DNA of 64,000 nt from an uncultured Candidatus Bathyarchaeia archaeon (GCA_964475545.1 CAYYXF010000001.1:9107-73106); one strand, 5' to 3'; counted from the first letter of the stretch, positions 42,790 to 52,611 are shown. Notes: generated by a model not told the origin, from the sequence alone. Program-made: numbers and translations.

Positions 42790-44085
42790 CTACTTCTGAA
42801 GAACAGTAATTTCACGGCCGATCTTGTGCCTTTTTTCCATGTCGACAAAAGATGATATTCTCGTCAATTCCTCAACTGATGAAGCCTTACTGGCAAAGAC
42901 TTCCTTTTCGAATGGTTGGACTATTTTGAAACCTATTGCTTCTACTTTGTCTTCGAGGTATACGGTGACGAAGCTTCCGGAACGTGTTCTCACATAAGGG
43001 GTTACGAGGACAAGAGTTCCATCGGCTTTTAGTGCCTTGTAGGCTCCTTTTAGGAAATCATAATATAGAGGGTTCAGCTTGTCAGTGATTCTTTTTGCGT
43101 ATGACTCGGTAGGGAGGTGGCGCAAGGCTGGTCCGAGATCGGGTTCTGTCACGATGCAGTCCACTGTTTTCTCATTGATTTTCTCCGTCAGCTTGCGCGA
43201 GTCTCCTTGCAGGATTGTGTACTTCGCCTGTCCCAGATCGTATTCATTTCTTAGCCAATCAAGATTCTTGCAAGATGCTTCAATACACCATGGGTCTATG
43301 TCGATCCCAATCACTTGTGCCTCTATGAGCAAGGCTTCTTGCAGAATTGTGCCTACGCCGCAAAAAGGGTCGAGTAAAACTTTTCCAGGCAAGCACTTGG
43401 ACAAGTTTACCATGATTTTGGCTAATCTCGGCGGGATTGAGAAGATCTTTCGTTGTACAGGCCTGCACACGTCTCTTTTTTGGAATTCAAAAGGATTATG
43501 AACGGCTAAGGTTCTTGATACAAATGCATATTCTCTTCCTATGCAAAATAGTATCTCTACGCCTTCCTCGATTAGCTTCTTTTTCAGCACTTCAACGTGG
43601 GTCAGCTGTGGAAACTCTCTGCTCTTAGGAAACCCCATGAACTTGGCTTTCGCTCCCCTCGAGGCCAACTCGTCCTTGAAGCAACTTCCCACAAACCTCT
43701 GCATCTTCTTAGAAAAACGGAGAAGACGAGGGTTCTCGAAATATAGACTGACCCCAAAGATGAACCTAGTTGGATACGTTTTAAACAAATCGCCAAAGAC
43801 GTTGTCAGACTGAAGGCACATCCTAACCTGCGCGAGAGCCCGCTTCTCCGCGTGGAGGAAGGCGTCTTCAATTGCTTCCGAAGGAATTTGGGATATGATT
43901 CTTCCAATTTTTATGATGCCCCCTAGGCTGTCTAGAAGAGACGGATCCAAAGTGCTCTCAGTCGTGACCACAAAGAAGGATTTTGAGAAGCTGACAACTC
44001 TGAAGCTGAGTTTCCTGGCTTTGAGGAACGATACAAGCTCGGCTAAGGAAAGTCTCCAATTCTTCCCTGGTATGAACACATACAT
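42790..44085 (-). CDS. THUMP-type class I RNA methyltransferase (Trm11/TrmG10-like)
   Basis: The ATG at 44085 (MYVFIPGKNWRLSLAEL) is the preferred start; the ORF track uses 44148. It has the SAM motif LLDPFCGVGTILQEA. The motif IV position reads VTEPDLGP instead of the usual DPPYG. Confidence 0.6.
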   Translation of the reverse strand: MYVFIPGKNWRLSLAELVSFLKARKLSFRVVSFSKSFFVVTTESTLDPSLLDSLGGIIKIGRIISQIPSEAIEDAFLHAEKRALAQVRMCLQSDNVFGDLFKTYPTRFIFGVSLYFENPRLLRFSKKMQRFVGSCFKDELASRGAKAKFMGFPKSREFPQLTHVEVLKKKLIEEGVEILFCIGREYAFVSRTLAVHNPFEFQKRDVCRPVQRKIFSIPPRLAKIMVNLSKCLPGKVLLDPFCGVGTILQEALLIEAQVIGIDIDPWCIEASCKNLDWLRNEYDLGQAKYTILQGDSRKLTEKINEKTVDCIVTEPDLGPALRHLPTESYAKRITDKLNPLYYDFLKGAYKALKADGTLVLVTPYVRTRSGSFVTVYLEDKVEAIGFKIVQPFEKEVFASKASSVEELTRISSFVDMEKRHKIGREITVLQK

Positions 44086-44307
44086 GAATTGTTGGGGGCA
44101 CAACGTCCTCACGTTTGAACGAGCTACGCAGATAAATCCTGCAAACAATGATTGCTTATACTACTATGCCGCTATTTTAGCATTCTAGCTTTCGATTAAG
44201 CAGAAGCTGGCGCGAAATACGCGGTTTGTGAATGCTGAATATGTATTATTCAACCAGAAAGTAGATCAGTAGTCCTGGACACTTACATGAGTTTGTTTGA
44301 AAATATG

Positions 44308-44315
44308 TTTAAATA
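44308..44315 (+). promoter_or_regulatory. TATA-box candidate for rpl10e
   Basis: TTTAAATA lies 34-41 nt upstream of the ATG at 44349 in a 200-bp divergent spacer. Confidence 0.35.
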
Positions 44316-44348
44316 CGACGGTTATGGTATGCTGAAGGGGAATATTGA

Positions 44349-44867
44349 ATGCATGCGAAGAACTATCGACCCGTTAAAGGCCAGTCAAACACAAGGAAAG
44401 AATTTGCGAAGGGATTTCCACCACCGAAAATAACAAAGTTCACGATGGGAGACACCAAGGCTCGCTTTGACTATGAAGCAAGGCTTGTCGCCTTGGAGCA
44501 GGCCCAGATCCGCCACAACTCGTTGGAAGCTGCTCGTATAGCTTCTAACCGTATCCTGCTGGATAAACTGGTGAACAATTACCGCCTGGATGTCTTGCCC
44601 TACCCGCACAATATTCTGAGGGAGAATAAGATGATCTTCGGAGCGCATGCTGACCGTTTGCAGCAAGGCATGCGTCAATCTTTCGGCAGACCGATCGGCA
44701 CTGCCGCGCGGGTCAGAGCCAACCAGACGATCATCAGTGTCCACGTAAATGCAGAAGGCGTTGAAACGGCGAAAACTGCTTTGAAACGTGGAAGTGCTAA
44801 GCTTCCCATTCCATGTCATATAGTCGTTGAGAAAGTGCAGAAGGAAGAGGCGAAAATAATTGAGTGA
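44349..44867 (+). CDS. rpl10e: 50S ribosomal protein L10e (uL16)
   Basis: 172-aa ORF with ..YRPVKGQSNTRKEF..GFPPPKITKF..G, the canonical archaeal L10e N-terminus. Confidence 0.92.
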   Translation: MHAKNYRPVKGQSNTRKEFAKGFPPPKITKFTMGDTKARFDYEARLVALEQAQIRHNSLEAARIASNRILLDKLVNNYRLDVLPYPHNILRENKMIFGAHADRLQQGMRQSFGRPIGTAARVRANQTIISVHVNAEGVETAKTALKRGSAKLPIPCHIVVEKVQKEEAKIIE

Positions 44868-44868
44868 A

Positions 44869-47319
44869 ATGCGACAAGACTTAGTAATTTGGTTCGAGAG
44901 CTTAAGAAAAACTGATATCCCCTCGGTGGGCGGGAAGAATGCAAATCTGGGCGAGATGACTAGCGCTGGAATCGCTGTTCCACCAGGTTTCGCCATAACA
45001 GCGTATTCCTACAAGAAATTCATTGAAGAGACGGGGATATCCTCGAAAATCTACGAAATCATAAAGGAGACGGTCACAAATCCGAACGACCCGAAACTGT
45101 ACGAAATTGCTTCGAAGAAGATCAGGGAGCTGATAGAAGCAACGCCGATGCCCAAAGACACTGAAAATGCCATCAGGTCGGCATATGAGCAATTGTGTAA
45201 GAAGCTTAATTTGAATGATGTCTTTGTGGCTGTGAGATCGAGCGCGACAGCTGAGGATTTGGCTGACGCGTCATTCGCCGGGCAACAAGAGACATTTCTG
45301 AATGTAAAAGGTGCCTTGGAGGTTCTGAAGTATACAGTAAAATGCTGGTCGAGCCTTTTTACGCCTCGTGCAATTTACTATCGCACTGAGAAGGGTTTTG
45401 CGCATGAAAAAGTCTTCATAAGCGTGGGGGTTCAAAAGATGGTGAATTCGAGAGCGGCAGGAGTTATGTTTACCATAAATCCTGTCACTGGAGACACTAG
45501 TCAGATAGTAATCGAGGGTACCTATGGTCTGGGCGAGGCTGTCGTCTCCGGAGCCGTCAACCCTGATGATTTTGTGGTTGACAAGAAGACTCTAAAAATA
45601 GTCGAGCGGCGTTTAGCTAAGAAGACCGTTCAGTATATTCGTGACCCGAACACTGGCAAGACCGTTCATGCAGAAGTGCCTGCTGAAAAACGAGAGCAAC
45701 CGTGCATTAGTGACGAGGAAATACTGAAACTTGCAGAGTTAGCTAAAAGCATTGAGCAGCATTATGGGAAGGCTCAAGATATTGAGTGGGCGATCGAAAG
45801 AGACTTGCCTTTTCCGATCAACATCTTCATGACACAATCAAGACCTGAGACAGTTTGGTCCCAAAAGACAGCAGAGGTTCCTAGCAAAGCAGAAACAGAG
45901 AGGGTCAAGCCAACAGAAATGTTGAACGTTGTTGTGAGAGGAATTGCGGCTGGAAAAAGGGGTTTCGGCATAGGCGTCGCAAAAGTTGTTGCGGACACTG
46001 AAGAAGCCTCAAAAATCATGCAGAAAGGCGACATACTCGTTACTGACATGACTAACCCTGATTATGTGCCTTTCATGAAGCTATCCGGAGCAATAGTCAC
46101 TGATAAGGGTGGAGTAACATGCCACGCAGCCATCGTAAGCCGTGAACTAGGCATTCCATGCGTAGTGGGAACTGAGAACGCCACAAAGCTTATGGTCACT
46201 GGGAGAGAGTACACTGTTGATTCCAAAAGCGGCATCGTCTATGAAGGCGTGCTACAGACCTTAACTGCGCAACTCTCGTCAGCCAGCGGAGCCACCGTTT
46301 CTGGCTCCGCACTTACTGGAGGCGTGTACCAATCTGTGCCAGTTACCGCAACAAAGATCTACATGAACTTGGGTGTTCCAGAAAAGGTTGAAGATTACAA
46401 AGACCTGCCCTTTGAAGGCATCGGACTCATGCGCATGGAGTTCATCTTGGCCAGCTACATAGGCGAGCACCCAATGTCCTTTGTGGATACGGGTCGCTCA
46501 CAAGTTTTCGTAGATAAACTGGCTGAAGGAATAGCTACGGTTGCAAGGGCAATACAACCACGCCCAGTTGTAGTACGCTTCAGCGACTTCAAGACGAACG
46601 AATATCGCGAGCTGAGGGGCGGCGACAAATACGAAATTGTAGAAGCCAACCCGATGCTTGGCTGGAGAGGATGCAGCAGATACATAAGCGAATGGTATGA
46701 GAAAGCCTTCAGACTTGAATGCCAAGCAATCCGAAAATGCCGCAAAGAATGGGGCCTCAAGAACGTGTGGGTAATGCTTCCGGTGGTCCGTACAGTTTGG
46801 GAAGCAAAGAAGGTTTTAGAGATCATACGGGAAGAAGGGTTGGAGAGATCAAAGGATTTCAAGGTTTGGTTCATGGCTGAAACCCCGTCAATTGCTATAC
46901 TTGCTGATCAGTTCTCGAAACTCTGCGACGGATTCTCCATAGGCTCAAACGATATGACACAGGGCATTCTCATGATTGACAGAGATTCAGAACGCTTAGG
47001 TCAAATGGGCTACTTCGATGAAAGAGACCTGGCGGTAGAAAGGATAATTGCCCACCTGATCAAAGTGGCTCACGAGAATGGGGTAACAGTATCGATATGT
47101 GGTGAGGGCCCTTCAAATCTGCCAGACTTTGCAGAGTTTCTCGTGAGAGTTGGAATCGACAGCATATCAGTGAACAATGACGCAGTTGTCGCGACCAAAA
47201 GACTCGTGGCGAGCATAGAACGCAAAATAATGCTTGAGGAGCTTGCTGAACAACACGAGAGGGCGCATCGTCGCCCAACCCAAACGTCAAAACAAGATTT
47301 GGAATGGGCACTTGAATAG
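44869..47319 (+). CDS. ppsA: Phosphoenolpyruvate synthase (pyruvate, water dikinase)
   Basis: ~816 aa. It has an N-terminal ATP-grasp (VGGKNANLGEM), the phospho-histidine motif GGVTCHAAIVSRELGIPCVVG and a C-terminal PEP-utilising TIM barrel (GSNDMTQ). The start is ATG 44869 or TTG 44860. Confidence 0.93.
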   Translation: MRQDLVIWFESLRKTDIPSVGGKNANLGEMTSAGIAVPPGFAITAYSYKKFIEETGISSKIYEIIKETVTNPNDPKLYEIASKKIRELIEATPMPKDTENAIRSAYEQLCKKLNLNDVFVAVRSSATAEDLADASFAGQQETFLNVKGALEVLKYTVKCWSSLFTPRAIYYRTEKGFAHEKVFISVGVQKMVNSRAAGVMFTINPVTGDTSQIVIEGTYGLGEAVVSGAVNPDDFVVDKKTLKIVERRLAKKTVQYIRDPNTGKTVHAEVPAEKREQPCISDEEILKLAELAKSIEQHYGKAQDIEWAIERDLPFPINIFMTQSRPETVWSQKTAEVPSKAETERVKPTEMLNVVVRGIAAGKRGFGIGVAKVVADTEEASKIMQKGDILVTDMTNPDYVPFMKLSGAIVTDKGGVTCHAAIVSRELGIPCVVGTENATKLMVTGREYTVDSKSGIVYEGVLQTLTAQLSSASGATVSGSALTGGVYQSVPVTATKIYMNLGVPEKVEDYKDLPFEGIGLMRMEFILASYIGEHPMSFVDTGRSQVFVDKLAEGIATVARAIQPRPVVVRFSDFKTNEYRELRGGDKYEIVEANPMLGWRGCSRYISEWYEKAFRLECQAIRKCRKEWGLKNVWVMLPVVRTVWEAKKVLEIIREEGLERSKDFKVWFMAETPSIAILADQFSKLCDGFSIGSNDMTQGILMIDRDSERLGQMGYFDERDLAVERIIAHLIKVAHENGVTVSICGEGPSNLPDFAEFLVRVGIDSISVNNDAVVATKRLVASIERKIMLEELAEQHERAHRRPTQTSKQDLEWALE

Positions 47320-47384
47320 CCGCCACTGCTCATTCCATTTTCCATGACTTGATTCTTGATAGACTGGACTTCGAGAGTGCTTAG

Positions 47385-48386
47385 ATGAAGAACTTCGATT
47401 TTGAAGAGGAAAGAGTGAAGCAAGAAATACTGAAACTTGGAGCTAAGCGTGTCCTGCTGCAGCTTCCTGAAGGCTTGAAGCCTGAAGCCCCGCGTTTGGC
47501 CAAGATTATCGAAAAGACAGGCGCCTTGCCTATTGTTTCAGCCGACCCATGCTACGGAGCATGCGATCTAGCAACGGAAGCCGCAGAAAGCCTAGGAGTA
47601 GATATGATAATTCACTACGGACATGCGAAGTTGCTGAAACATGCGCCTGTACCCGCAGTCTATGTTGAGGCAAGAGCAACCGTAAACGTTAATGAAGCTG
47701 TCGAAAAGGCCTTGCCTCTGCTGAGAAAATGGCAGAAGATCGGTTTGACCACCACAGTTCAGCACGTTCAAACCCTGGACGCAGTAAGAGAAACCCTAGT
47801 TCGCGCAGGAAAAACCGTCATAATAGGCGACACTGGAAGACTAGGCTATCCTGGACAGGTTATCGGATGCGATTACACCAATGCCAAATCAATATTGAAA
47901 GACGTGGAAGCCTTCCTCTTCGTAGGTGGCGGACGATTCCATGCCTTAGGAGTAGCGTTGTCAACCTCAAAGCCCACAATAGTTGCTGACCCATATAACA
48001 ACCAAGCTTTCTCAGTTGCCGACGACGCTAAAAGAATCATCAGACAACGATGGAGAAGCATAGAGGAAGCTGAAAAGGCAAGGAGTTTCGGAATCCTGAT
48101 TGGATTGAAGCCAGGACAGAAAAACATGGAGCAGGCTTTGCAGATAAGACAGAAGTTTGAAGAGAAAGGGAAAACTGCCTGTCTACTTGCCCTGAAAGAG
48201 GTCACGCCTGAAGCGCTTATGGAATTCCCAACGATAGAAGCCTATGTGAACACTGCATGTCTAAGACTGTCCGTTGAAGATGCTCAAAGATACAGAGTGC
48301 CGGTGCTTTCGAAGAATGAAGCTCTAGTGGTTGTTGGAGAAATGTCTTGGGAAGAATTATGCAGAAAAGGATTGTTCGAAAATTAG
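47385..48386 (+). CDS. dph2: Diphthamide synthesis protein Dph2 (2-(3-amino-3-carboxypropyl)histidine synthase)
   Basis: 333-aa ORF with the pattern [13 protein letters not shown]...ADPCYGACD...HYGHA. It sits in the conserved archaeal neighbourhood with csl4/rpoL. Confidence 0.85.
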   Translation: MKNFDFEEERVKQEILKLGAKRVLLQLPEGLKPEAPRLAKIIEKTGALPIVSADPCYGACDLATEAAESLGVDMIIHYGHAKLLKHAPVPAVYVEARATVNVNEAVEKALPLLRKWQKIGLTTTVQHVQTLDAVRETLVRAGKTVIIGDTGRLGYPGQVIGCDYTNAKSILKDVEAFLFVGGGRFHALGVALSTSKPTIVADPYNNQAFSVADDAKRIIRQRWRSIEEAEKARSFGILIGLKPGQKNMEQALQIRQKFEEKGKTACLLALKEVTPEALMEFPTIEAYVNTACLRLSVEDAQRYRVPVLSKNEALVVVGEMSWEELCRKGLFEN

Positions 48387-49066
48387 ATTTGGAAATGCTG
48401 CTTTCTCGTGTTGAACCTCATCCGACACCTAAACCTAGCATTGAGCAATACACTGCACCTGCTGGCGTTGCAGCAACAATGCTCTACATTGCTGCGTATG
48501 CGAACAACAGCATTGCTGGCAGATCTGTTTTGGATCTGGGATGTGGCACAGGAAGGTTAGCTTTGGGTGCAGCCTTCTTAGGCGCGAAAAGGGTCCTAGG
48601 CGTGGACATTGACAAAACTGCCATTAACATGGCGATTGAGAATTCGACGAAAATAGGCATGAAGGGGAAAGTGGACTGGCTTGTCGCTGACATAGATGCC
48701 ATCTGGGGAAGATTTGACACTGTTCTGCAAAACCCGCCATATGGTGTGCAGACGACGAGGGCTGATAGAAAGTTTCTTGAAAAAGCCTTGGAAGTTGGCA
48801 AGACAGTGTATTCGCTTCATAAGAACCCGCAGAAAGACTTGACTTTCTACAAGAGGTTGAAGGCTGACTCCAGGGGAATACTGCCAGTTGCCCCGGCTCC
48901 TTTCTTGAGGGCATTTATTGAAGGGCACGGGGGAGAAATCAAAGCTGTCTACGCCATGATTATGTCAATTCCGCATATGTTTAGTTTTCACGCCAAGAAG
49001 AAGCACGAGTTTATAGTTGACCTCTACATCATAAGCGGTCAGCCGATTAATCAAAAGGTTTATTGA
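48359..49066 (+). CDS. METTL5-like (COG2263) N6-adenine RNA methyltransferase
   Basis: The ATG at 48359 gives ..[15 protein letters not shown].., SAM motif [15 protein letters not shown] and catalytic LQNPPYG. Confidence 0.75.
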   Translation: MQKRIVRKLDLEMLLSRVEPHPTPKPSIEQYTAPAGVAATMLYIAAYANNSIAGRSVLDLGCGTGRLALGAAFLGAKRVLGVDIDKTAINMAIENSTKIGMKGKVDWLVADIDAIWGRFDTVLQNPPYGVQTTRADRKFLEKALEVGKTVYSLHKNPQKDLTFYKRLKADSRGILPVAPAPFLRAFIEGHGGEIKAVYAMIMSIPHMFSFHAKKKHEFIVDLYIISGQPINQKVY

Positions 49067-49171
49067 GAGGCATGGAAAACTACAGTTATACCCATCGAGC
49101 GAACAGGTAAACCTAATCATGTTTGAATATTGGACTGCACACAGGGTGCAAAACAAGAAAAGTGAATTTGA

Positions 49172-49753
49172 ATGAGTTCGAAACCAGCTGAACAGAAAAG
49201 TGGGCAGCTAGTTCTGCCCGGTGAACGCTTAGGCGTGATCGAAGAGTTTGTCCCGGATGCGGGAACCTTCGTGAAAGACGGAGTAATCTACTCTGAAGTT
49301 GTCGGCCGAGCCCTGCTTGACCCCGCAACCAGACGTGTCGCAGTTAATCCAGTCGGTCGAAGCGTTTTGGTCCCAAAAGTCGGAAGCATCGTGATAGGTC
49401 AAGTTTCAGGGGCTCAACCTGAGAATGCTAACGTGCGCATCCTTCTGGTGGGGGATAAGAAGCTTTCAGGCGTTTTCACGGGAGTCCTGCACATTTCTGA
49501 TGTACATTTGAGATACGTTGATTCTATGTTTGAAATCTGCAAGGCTGGTGACATCATAAGGGCCAAGGTCATCAGCGACAAGAATCAGACTTATCATTTG
49601 TCAACCAAGGATAAGGAGTTGGGTGTTATCTACGGCTTTTGCTCAACCTGCGGGGCCACACTGGAATTGAAGAGGCAGAGCATGCATTGTCCAAGATGTG
49701 GGAGAATTGAAACGAGGAAGACCGCGTTTGACTATGGAAAAGCGGCGGTCTAA
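49172..49753 (+). CDS. csl4: Exosome complex RNA-binding subunit Csl4
   Basis: 193-aa ORF. It has the N-terminal pattern LVLPGERLGVIEEF.PD.GT, a central S1 domain (GDIIRAKVIS) and a C-terminal zinc ribbon (CSTCGA...CPRCG). Confidence 0.85.
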   Translation: MSSKPAEQKSGQLVLPGERLGVIEEFVPDAGTFVKDGVIYSEVVGRALLDPATRRVAVNPVGRSVLVPKVGSIVIGQVSGAQPENANVRILLVGDKKLSGVFTGVLHISDVHLRYVDSMFEICKAGDIIRAKVISDKNQTYHLSTKDKELGVIYGFCSTCGATLELKRQSMHCPRCGRIETRKTAFDYGKAAV

Positions 49754-49765
49754 AACAGGAGGAAC

Positions 49766-50056
49766 ATGTGGATGAAGGTCAAGGTTTTGAACAAGACTCC
49801 TGACGAGCTGAAATTGGAAATTGAAGGCGTCGGGCACACTCTCTGCAATCTGCTTCAGAAAAGGATCTTGGAAGAGGAGAATGTGGATCTGGCTGGTTAC
49901 GACATTCCCCATCCCATGACAGCGAGCGCAATAGTCTATGTGCGCACGAAGGGCAAGACAAAGCCTGAAGACGTTCTGAAGCACGCAGCGGCAAAGGCAC
50001 GAGAGCTGAACGCTGAGTTCGGCAAAGAATTTGAGAAAGCCCTCAAGAAAGCTTGA
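49766..50056 (+). CDS. rpo11: DNA-directed RNA polymerase subunit Rpo11 (RpoL)
   Basis: 96-aa ORF: KVKVLNKTPDELKLEIEGVGHTLCNLLQKRILEEENVDLAGYDIPHPM, the Rpb11/RpoL signature (EDHTLgNlL..L). Confidence 0.88.
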   Translation: MWMKVKVLNKTPDELKLEIEGVGHTLCNLLQKRILEEENVDLAGYDIPHPMTASAIVYVRTKGKTKPEDVLKHAAAKARELNAEFGKEFEKALKKA

Positions 50057-50420
50057 TTCTCTCCACTATCTTCTCAAGAAGCCTACTTAAAGCCTCAGCA
50101 GGATCATCGTCTTTTTCGAGCATTGCCACACTTTCCTCTAAGGTAATGTGACCGTGCAGCCAAGCGTAGACTATCAATGCTTCAGCTGCATCGGCCAACT
50201 CATGACTAGTCATGCTAGATGGCGCATAAGGTCTCAAACCAGCTCTTCTAAGCCCCTCGGCAAGAAGACTACCCTTCACTTTCGCGCCAGAAGGTCTGCC
50301 ATTCTTGCCTGATAGAGCCAAAGAATAGACAAGATTGACGAACGCATCGCCCAGTGATGCCAATCTGTGGTCTGTCATGACTCCAGTCAGGCTGTTATGT
50401 GTCGGTATGAAAGAGAACAT
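50043..50420 (-). CDS. Mini-RNase III-like protein (RNase III catalytic domain only)
   Basis: 125-aa reading from the ATG at 50420. It carries LASLGDAFVNLVYS (compare the Mini-III LAY(L/I)GDAV.E motif) and SHELADAAEALIVYAW (compare the RNase III ..ADa.EAliGA motif). There is no dsRBD. The 245-aa ORF-track extension overlaps the next gene and is rejected. Confidence 0.6.
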   Translation of the reverse strand: MFSFIPTHNSLTGVMTDHRLASLGDAFVNLVYSLALSGKNGRPSGAKVKGSLLAEGLRRAGLRPYAPSSMTSHELADAAEALIVYAWLHGHITLEESVAMLEKDDDPAEALSRLLEKIVERIKLS

Positions 50421-50449
50421 TCTAACATTTTTCTTCAACTTTGAGCACG

Positions 50450-51109
50450 TCACCGACTTTGGCTTTCCTGACTGCGAATTCTTTGCCAAAGCTTGGGAAT
50501 GAAGCGTCCAGTCTTCTTTTGATACTCCATATATTCGCGACCAAACCGTTGTTCCAAGAGCTTTTCTTCTTGGAAAGTGACTTGAAAGTACCCGGGGATT
50601 GCAATAAGCGGAATTAGTGTGAGCCAACTTGGCCAGATTGCGAGAAGACCGATAAACATGGAGAAGTAGGCGAGATAAGATGGGTGACGCACATACCGGT
50701 ATGGCCCCAATGTGACAAGTTTGTGTTTGTCGCGCATTGCCCATGAGGTTGCATATTGTCCACGCGCGACGACGCTCCACAGGAATAGGGAGTATCCAAA
50801 TGTCGTTAGGAGCAGGCCTGAGATTTGTGCGTAGGGAATAAAGGTGGGTTGGAGGCCGAAGACGAAAGGGCTTAGCAATGAGATAGAATTAGCCAAAACT
50901 AGGAGGGGATGCAGGATGGCTTCGATGAAGTAGACCAGTGTTCCTAGAGCTGCCATGCTTACGGTGATGCCTGAGGGGCGGTCAATCTCTGCATGTGGAG
51001 TCACCGCGTCTTCTGTTCTATGCGTCACCAAGATATTGTGCAGGTTAACCGCGAAAAACAGTCCCAGACATATTAGAAGGAAACTGGCTATGATGGTTTC
51101 CATCAGCAT
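50450..51109 (-). CDS. ICMT/PEMT-family membrane methyltransferase
   Basis: 219-aa ORF with ~5 TM helices and the C-terminal signature GPYRYVRHPSYLAYF...E..L...FG..Y..Y, typical of isoprenylcysteine carboxyl / phospholipid methyltransferases. Confidence 0.75.
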   Translation of the reverse strand: MLMETIIASFLLICLGLFFAVNLHNILVTHRTEDAVTPHAEIDRPSGITVSMAALGTLVYFIEAILHPLLVLANSISLLSPFVFGLQPTFIPYAQISGLLLTTFGYSLFLWSVVARGQYATSWAMRDKHKLVTLGPYRYVRHPSYLAYFSMFIGLLAIWPSWLTLIPLIAIPGYFQVTFQEEKLLEQRFGREYMEYQKKTGRFIPKLWQRIRSQESQSR

Positions 51110-51178
51110 GATGTTAGTTGACCAAAGTATCAGCTTATAAATCTATGTGCGTTCATATTTTCTAGCGACTTTGAGGCA

Positions 51179-51778
51179 TTGTTTTTGTCGTGCAAAAGAT
51201 TTCGCGTTGTCAAGCCTGAAATTCGAGTTTTAGGAGTTGACGATGGAGTATTTACCCCTCATGTGAAGGGTCTTGCCCTAATCGTCGGAGTGGTCTTTCG
51301 CGGTGGATACTGGCTTGACGGCGTGATGCATACGAAAGTGAAGGTGGATGGGTTAGATGCCAATCGCAAGATAGCTTCCATGATAGTCAACTCGCCTCAT
51401 TACAAGCAACTTAGGGTAATAATGCTTAATGGAGTAACGTGCGCAGGCTTCAATGTTGTCGACATCAGAAGGCTCAACAGGGAAACACGGCTTCCCGTCA
51501 TAGCAGTTACTCGAGACAAACCGAACTTTGCAGAAATTCGACGGGCTCTGGAAAATCTGCCGCACAGCGAAAAACGTTGGAATGCCATACGAGGAACAGA
51601 CGAACTGTTTGAAGTATGCACCAGAAGCAGGAATGCTAAAATTTACATGCAGATAGCGGGAATTTGTAAGGAGGACGCTGAAAAAACCCTGCAGATAACT
51701 TCTACAAGGAGTAACATTCCCGAAGCCTTGCGAGTAGCACATCTAATCGCTTCGGGAATCAGCATAGGAGCAACTTAG
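51179..51778 (+). CDS. DUF99/UPF0215 family protein (endonuclease V-like fold)
   Basis: 199-aa ORF (TTG start as called) with the pattern IRVLGVDDGVF....LIVGVVFRGGYWLDGV...V.VDGLDA, typical of archaeal UPF0215. Confidence 0.7.
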   Translation: MFLSCKRFRVVKPEIRVLGVDDGVFTPHVKGLALIVGVVFRGGYWLDGVMHTKVKVDGLDANRKIASMIVNSPHYKQLRVIMLNGVTCAGFNVVDIRRLNRETRLPVIAVTRDKPNFAEIRRALENLPHSEKRWNAIRGTDELFEVCTRSRNAKIYMQIAGICKEDAEKTLQITSTRSNIPEALRVAHLIASGISIGAT

Positions 51779-51806
51779 CGACGATCTTTATTGGAACAAG
51801 AAAAGG

Positions 51807-51814
51807 TTTAAAAG
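51807..51814 (+). promoter_or_regulatory. BRE/TATA candidate for tfs
   Basis: AAAAGG followed by TTTAAAAG lies ~30-37 nt upstream of the ATG at 51844. This would give a leaderless or very short-leader transcript. Confidence 0.4.
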
Positions 51815-51843
51815 AGACTCTGCTAAGGGAAAACAAACGGACA

Positions 51844-52212
51844 ATGGAGCATGCTAGCATGGAATTTTGCCCAAAGTGCGGATCTCGTCTCGCACCCAAG
51901 AAGGGAAAAGCCGGCAAGGAAGCGGCGCTAGTGATGGTCTGTCCAAAATGCGGCTACAGAAAACGAGTATCCGAAAGAAAGGTTGAACCGAAGGCTGCCA
52001 AAGTAATCCAGCCCAACCCGCACCAGCTTGTCGCAGTAATTGGCAAGGAAGAGCAGAAGCTTCGAACATTGCCCACAGTAAGAATCGAATGCCCAAAATG
52101 TGGCAACAACTTGGCTTATGTTTGGCAGGTTCAGACCAGAGGCGCAGACGAATCCTCAACGCAGTTCCTACGCTGCACGAAATGCGAATACACATTCAGA
52201 GAATACAGCTGA
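51844..52212 (+). CDS. tfs: Transcription factor S (TFS; TFIIS/RpoM-type)
   Basis: 122-aa ORF. It has an N-terminal ribbon (CPKCGS...CPKCG) and a C-terminal TFIIS ribbon (CPKCG..AYVWQVQTRGADESSTQFLRCTKC) with the acidic catalytic loop. Confidence 0.88.
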   Translation: MEHASMEFCPKCGSRLAPKKGKAGKEAALVMVCPKCGYRKRVSERKVEPKAAKVIQPNPHQLVAVIGKEEQKLRTLPTVRIECPKCGNNLAYVWQVQTRGADESSTQFLRCTKCEYTFREYS

Positions 52213-52294
52213 GCATTGTACGTCTAGAGGCAAGTTTCTTCCACAAGTCATAATCTCATAGCAATGATACTGGGCGATAGAAGACAGTGTTCAA

Positions 52295-52474
52295 ATGAAG
52301 ACGAAGGCAAAGTGGGGACGTTTCATGATAGTTGGTGGATTACTTTTGCTGTTGGCACTCAGCCTGCTCAGGGCGATTCCCCCCTTTGCTTGGGAATTCT
52401 TCGCTGGTCTTTTTCTCTCGGCATTAGTACTAATTGCAGCTGGATTGGCATTGGCCTATCAGCAACACTCCTAG
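52295..52474 (+). CDS. Small two-TM membrane protein, hypothetical
   Basis: 59-aa ORF (below the track cutoff): MKTKAKWGRFMIVGGLLLLLALSLLRAIPPFAWEFFAGLFLSALVLIAAGLALAYQQHS. It is far more protein-like than the overlapping 95-aa track ORF at 52264-52551. Confidence 0.5.
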   Translation: MKTKAKWGRFMIVGGLLLLLALSLLRAIPPFAWEFFAGLFLSALVLIAAGLALAYQQHS

Positions 52475-52611
52475 AAATCCCGGTCCACAAAAGTCGAATG
52501 CATGCTATTCTGCTTAGGACTACGATTGAAAACCCTCCAATTCCGGGCTGAAGGTTAATATGTAAAGTCTTTTATTAGCAACTGAGCATAACGAATTAGA
52601 AGGTGACTTCA

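Noticed and set aside
50043-50780. 245-aa ORF-track call spanning the Mini-III-like gene and running into the ICMT-like gene.
   Set aside because: The N-terminal 120 residues overlap the well-supported ICMT/PEMT-family ORF (50450-51109) in another frame and have no motifs. The internal ATG at 50420 yields a complete RNase III-domain protein.
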